Shown here: positions 35,215-36,286 of the stretch, piece by piece
Position numbering within the stretch: position 1 is the stretch's first letter
How the letters are laid out: each line of letters starts with the position of its first letter
Assembly: GCA_002633005.1 (NCBI GenBank)
Contig: NMRA01001152.1
Span: 1-36,286, forward strand
Origin: Phoronis australis
Lineage: Eukaryota > Animalia > Phoronida
Direction: 5' to 3'
DNA: 36,286 nucleotides
Notes under the pieces: model-generated
Database searches by the model: none
What the model saw: the letters and a program-made list of their open reading frames with translations, nothing else
What the model was told of the DNA's origin: nothing
Made by a program: the position numbers and the translations under genes

Positions 35215-36286
35215 CTGAAATAAGAACAGTTCGTCTAGACTTTCGAATTATCAATTGTAGCAACATAATCAACACCCAGATGGCTGCAGTAACTGATTGA
35301 ACAAAACTGCGCAGCCTTGTTACATAGATGGTTCTGCCCCCTCCCGCCAGTGAAAATGGCCGAAAACGGCAGGAGTAGAAAAACTATGCGAACTTTTCAA
35401 ACAAACAGTTTGGTAGTGTTTTCAGCGAAGAACGGAGGGATAGGAACGTACTCCCCCTTGCGACCCAGAAGGTTGAAAAGACTAGTGTCAGTGATGAAGG
35501 TGAAGAATATACAACAGTACATGAAGGTTGGTAGAATTTGGGTGAAGACTACGATGTTACATACAGTGTAATAAATGAACATCGGCACTGCCATACAGTA
35601 AGTGAGTTGTAGTGCCGCCGATATGTCGGAGATTTAGTAACCTGTGTACAGTATTTACACAAGCATCTTTCTAACGTTGCGGAGCAGGTTATTCCCACTG
35701 TGATTATTGCAAAGGTCTGTGCAGACTGACCCACCTTGATGGTCACCACAATTTGGGTAACTCCACAATTGCCGTGACAAAAATTACGACAGTTGTACTT
35801 TACTCAATCTGTCGAAATTTGAAGTTTGCGACCATTTGTAAGCCTGTTTCAGTTTGTGGTCCTTCAGAGAACTTAATTGCAGTCACGCGAATAAGAACGG
35901 GGCTAAACAGAACCACTTCTCGCCGTAGAAAGGGCAATAGGTTCCATTTTTTTCAAATAAACCTACTGTAGAATTTGTCAAAACCCCTACAGTTGGTTGA
36001 AGTGATCTTGTTGGTGGGTAAAGACCAACGGGTATTACTTTGCCAAATATTTTACGATACATGTAGGTGAATATCTTATAACCTTAAAGGAGCATGCCAC
36101 CCAAAAAACAACCTAATTTGTATCAATTTAAATCGAGTAGTTCTACTCCATAACGACACGTACGGTTGCGTTACCTGACACCTGACGGCAGACGGAGGTG
36201 TTGAAATTATCCAATGACGTCATCGGTTTCACACGCAGTCTGTTCAGCAGTTCACAACACGGGTTACTGGTGTCAGCTTATCGCTT

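Noticed and set aside
1547-35971. Most ORFs in the supplied track as stand-alone genes
   Set aside because: They are short and are either exon read-through into introns, antisense shadows of exons or chance ORFs in repeats.
1-36286. Prokaryote-type novel system (operon, CRISPR array, defence locus)
   Set aside because: The DNA is a spliced animal gene with intronic repeats; no repeat-spacer array or operon-like ORFs are present.
36175-36286. Possible further upstream exon ending at CAG|GTAACG
   Set aside because: All three frames hit stops within the visible sequence and its phase does not fit the 35214 acceptor; cannot be resolved at the window edge.

Overview
Eukaryotic (animal, probably invertebrate), AT-rich genomic DNA; the prokaryote-style ORF track is mostly noise. 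Almost the whole window is one multi-exon gene on the minus strand encoding a receptor-type protein tyrosine phosphatase. I hand-assembled 31 GT-AG exons (3689-32689, 4403 nt) that splice in frame without internal stops. From N- to C-terminus they give MEGF/laminin-type EGF repeats, six FN3 repeats plus a membrane-proximal FN3-like module, one transmembrane helix, a Tyr-containing juxtamembrane region, an intact catalytic D1 ([17 protein letters not shown]) and a degenerate D2 (WPN, HCWDGCARSG) ending in FDTYANFS*. A probable further upstream exon (35061-35214, GC donor, discoidin/galactose-binding-like) brings the frame to 1519 codons; the start codon and signal peptide were not found and probably lie beyond the window. 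Introns and the 3' flank carry a Penelope-like retroelement relic with an internal inversion, a 5-bp-TSD MITE with a tRNA-like Pol III head (two copies), a Harbinger-type MITE, a 360-bp foldback element and an (AT)n microsatellite. I see no evidence for a new multi-gene system. The best leads are the unusual RPTP ectodomain, two candidate in-frame cassette micro-exons, D1/D2 motif substitutions and the transposon structures.
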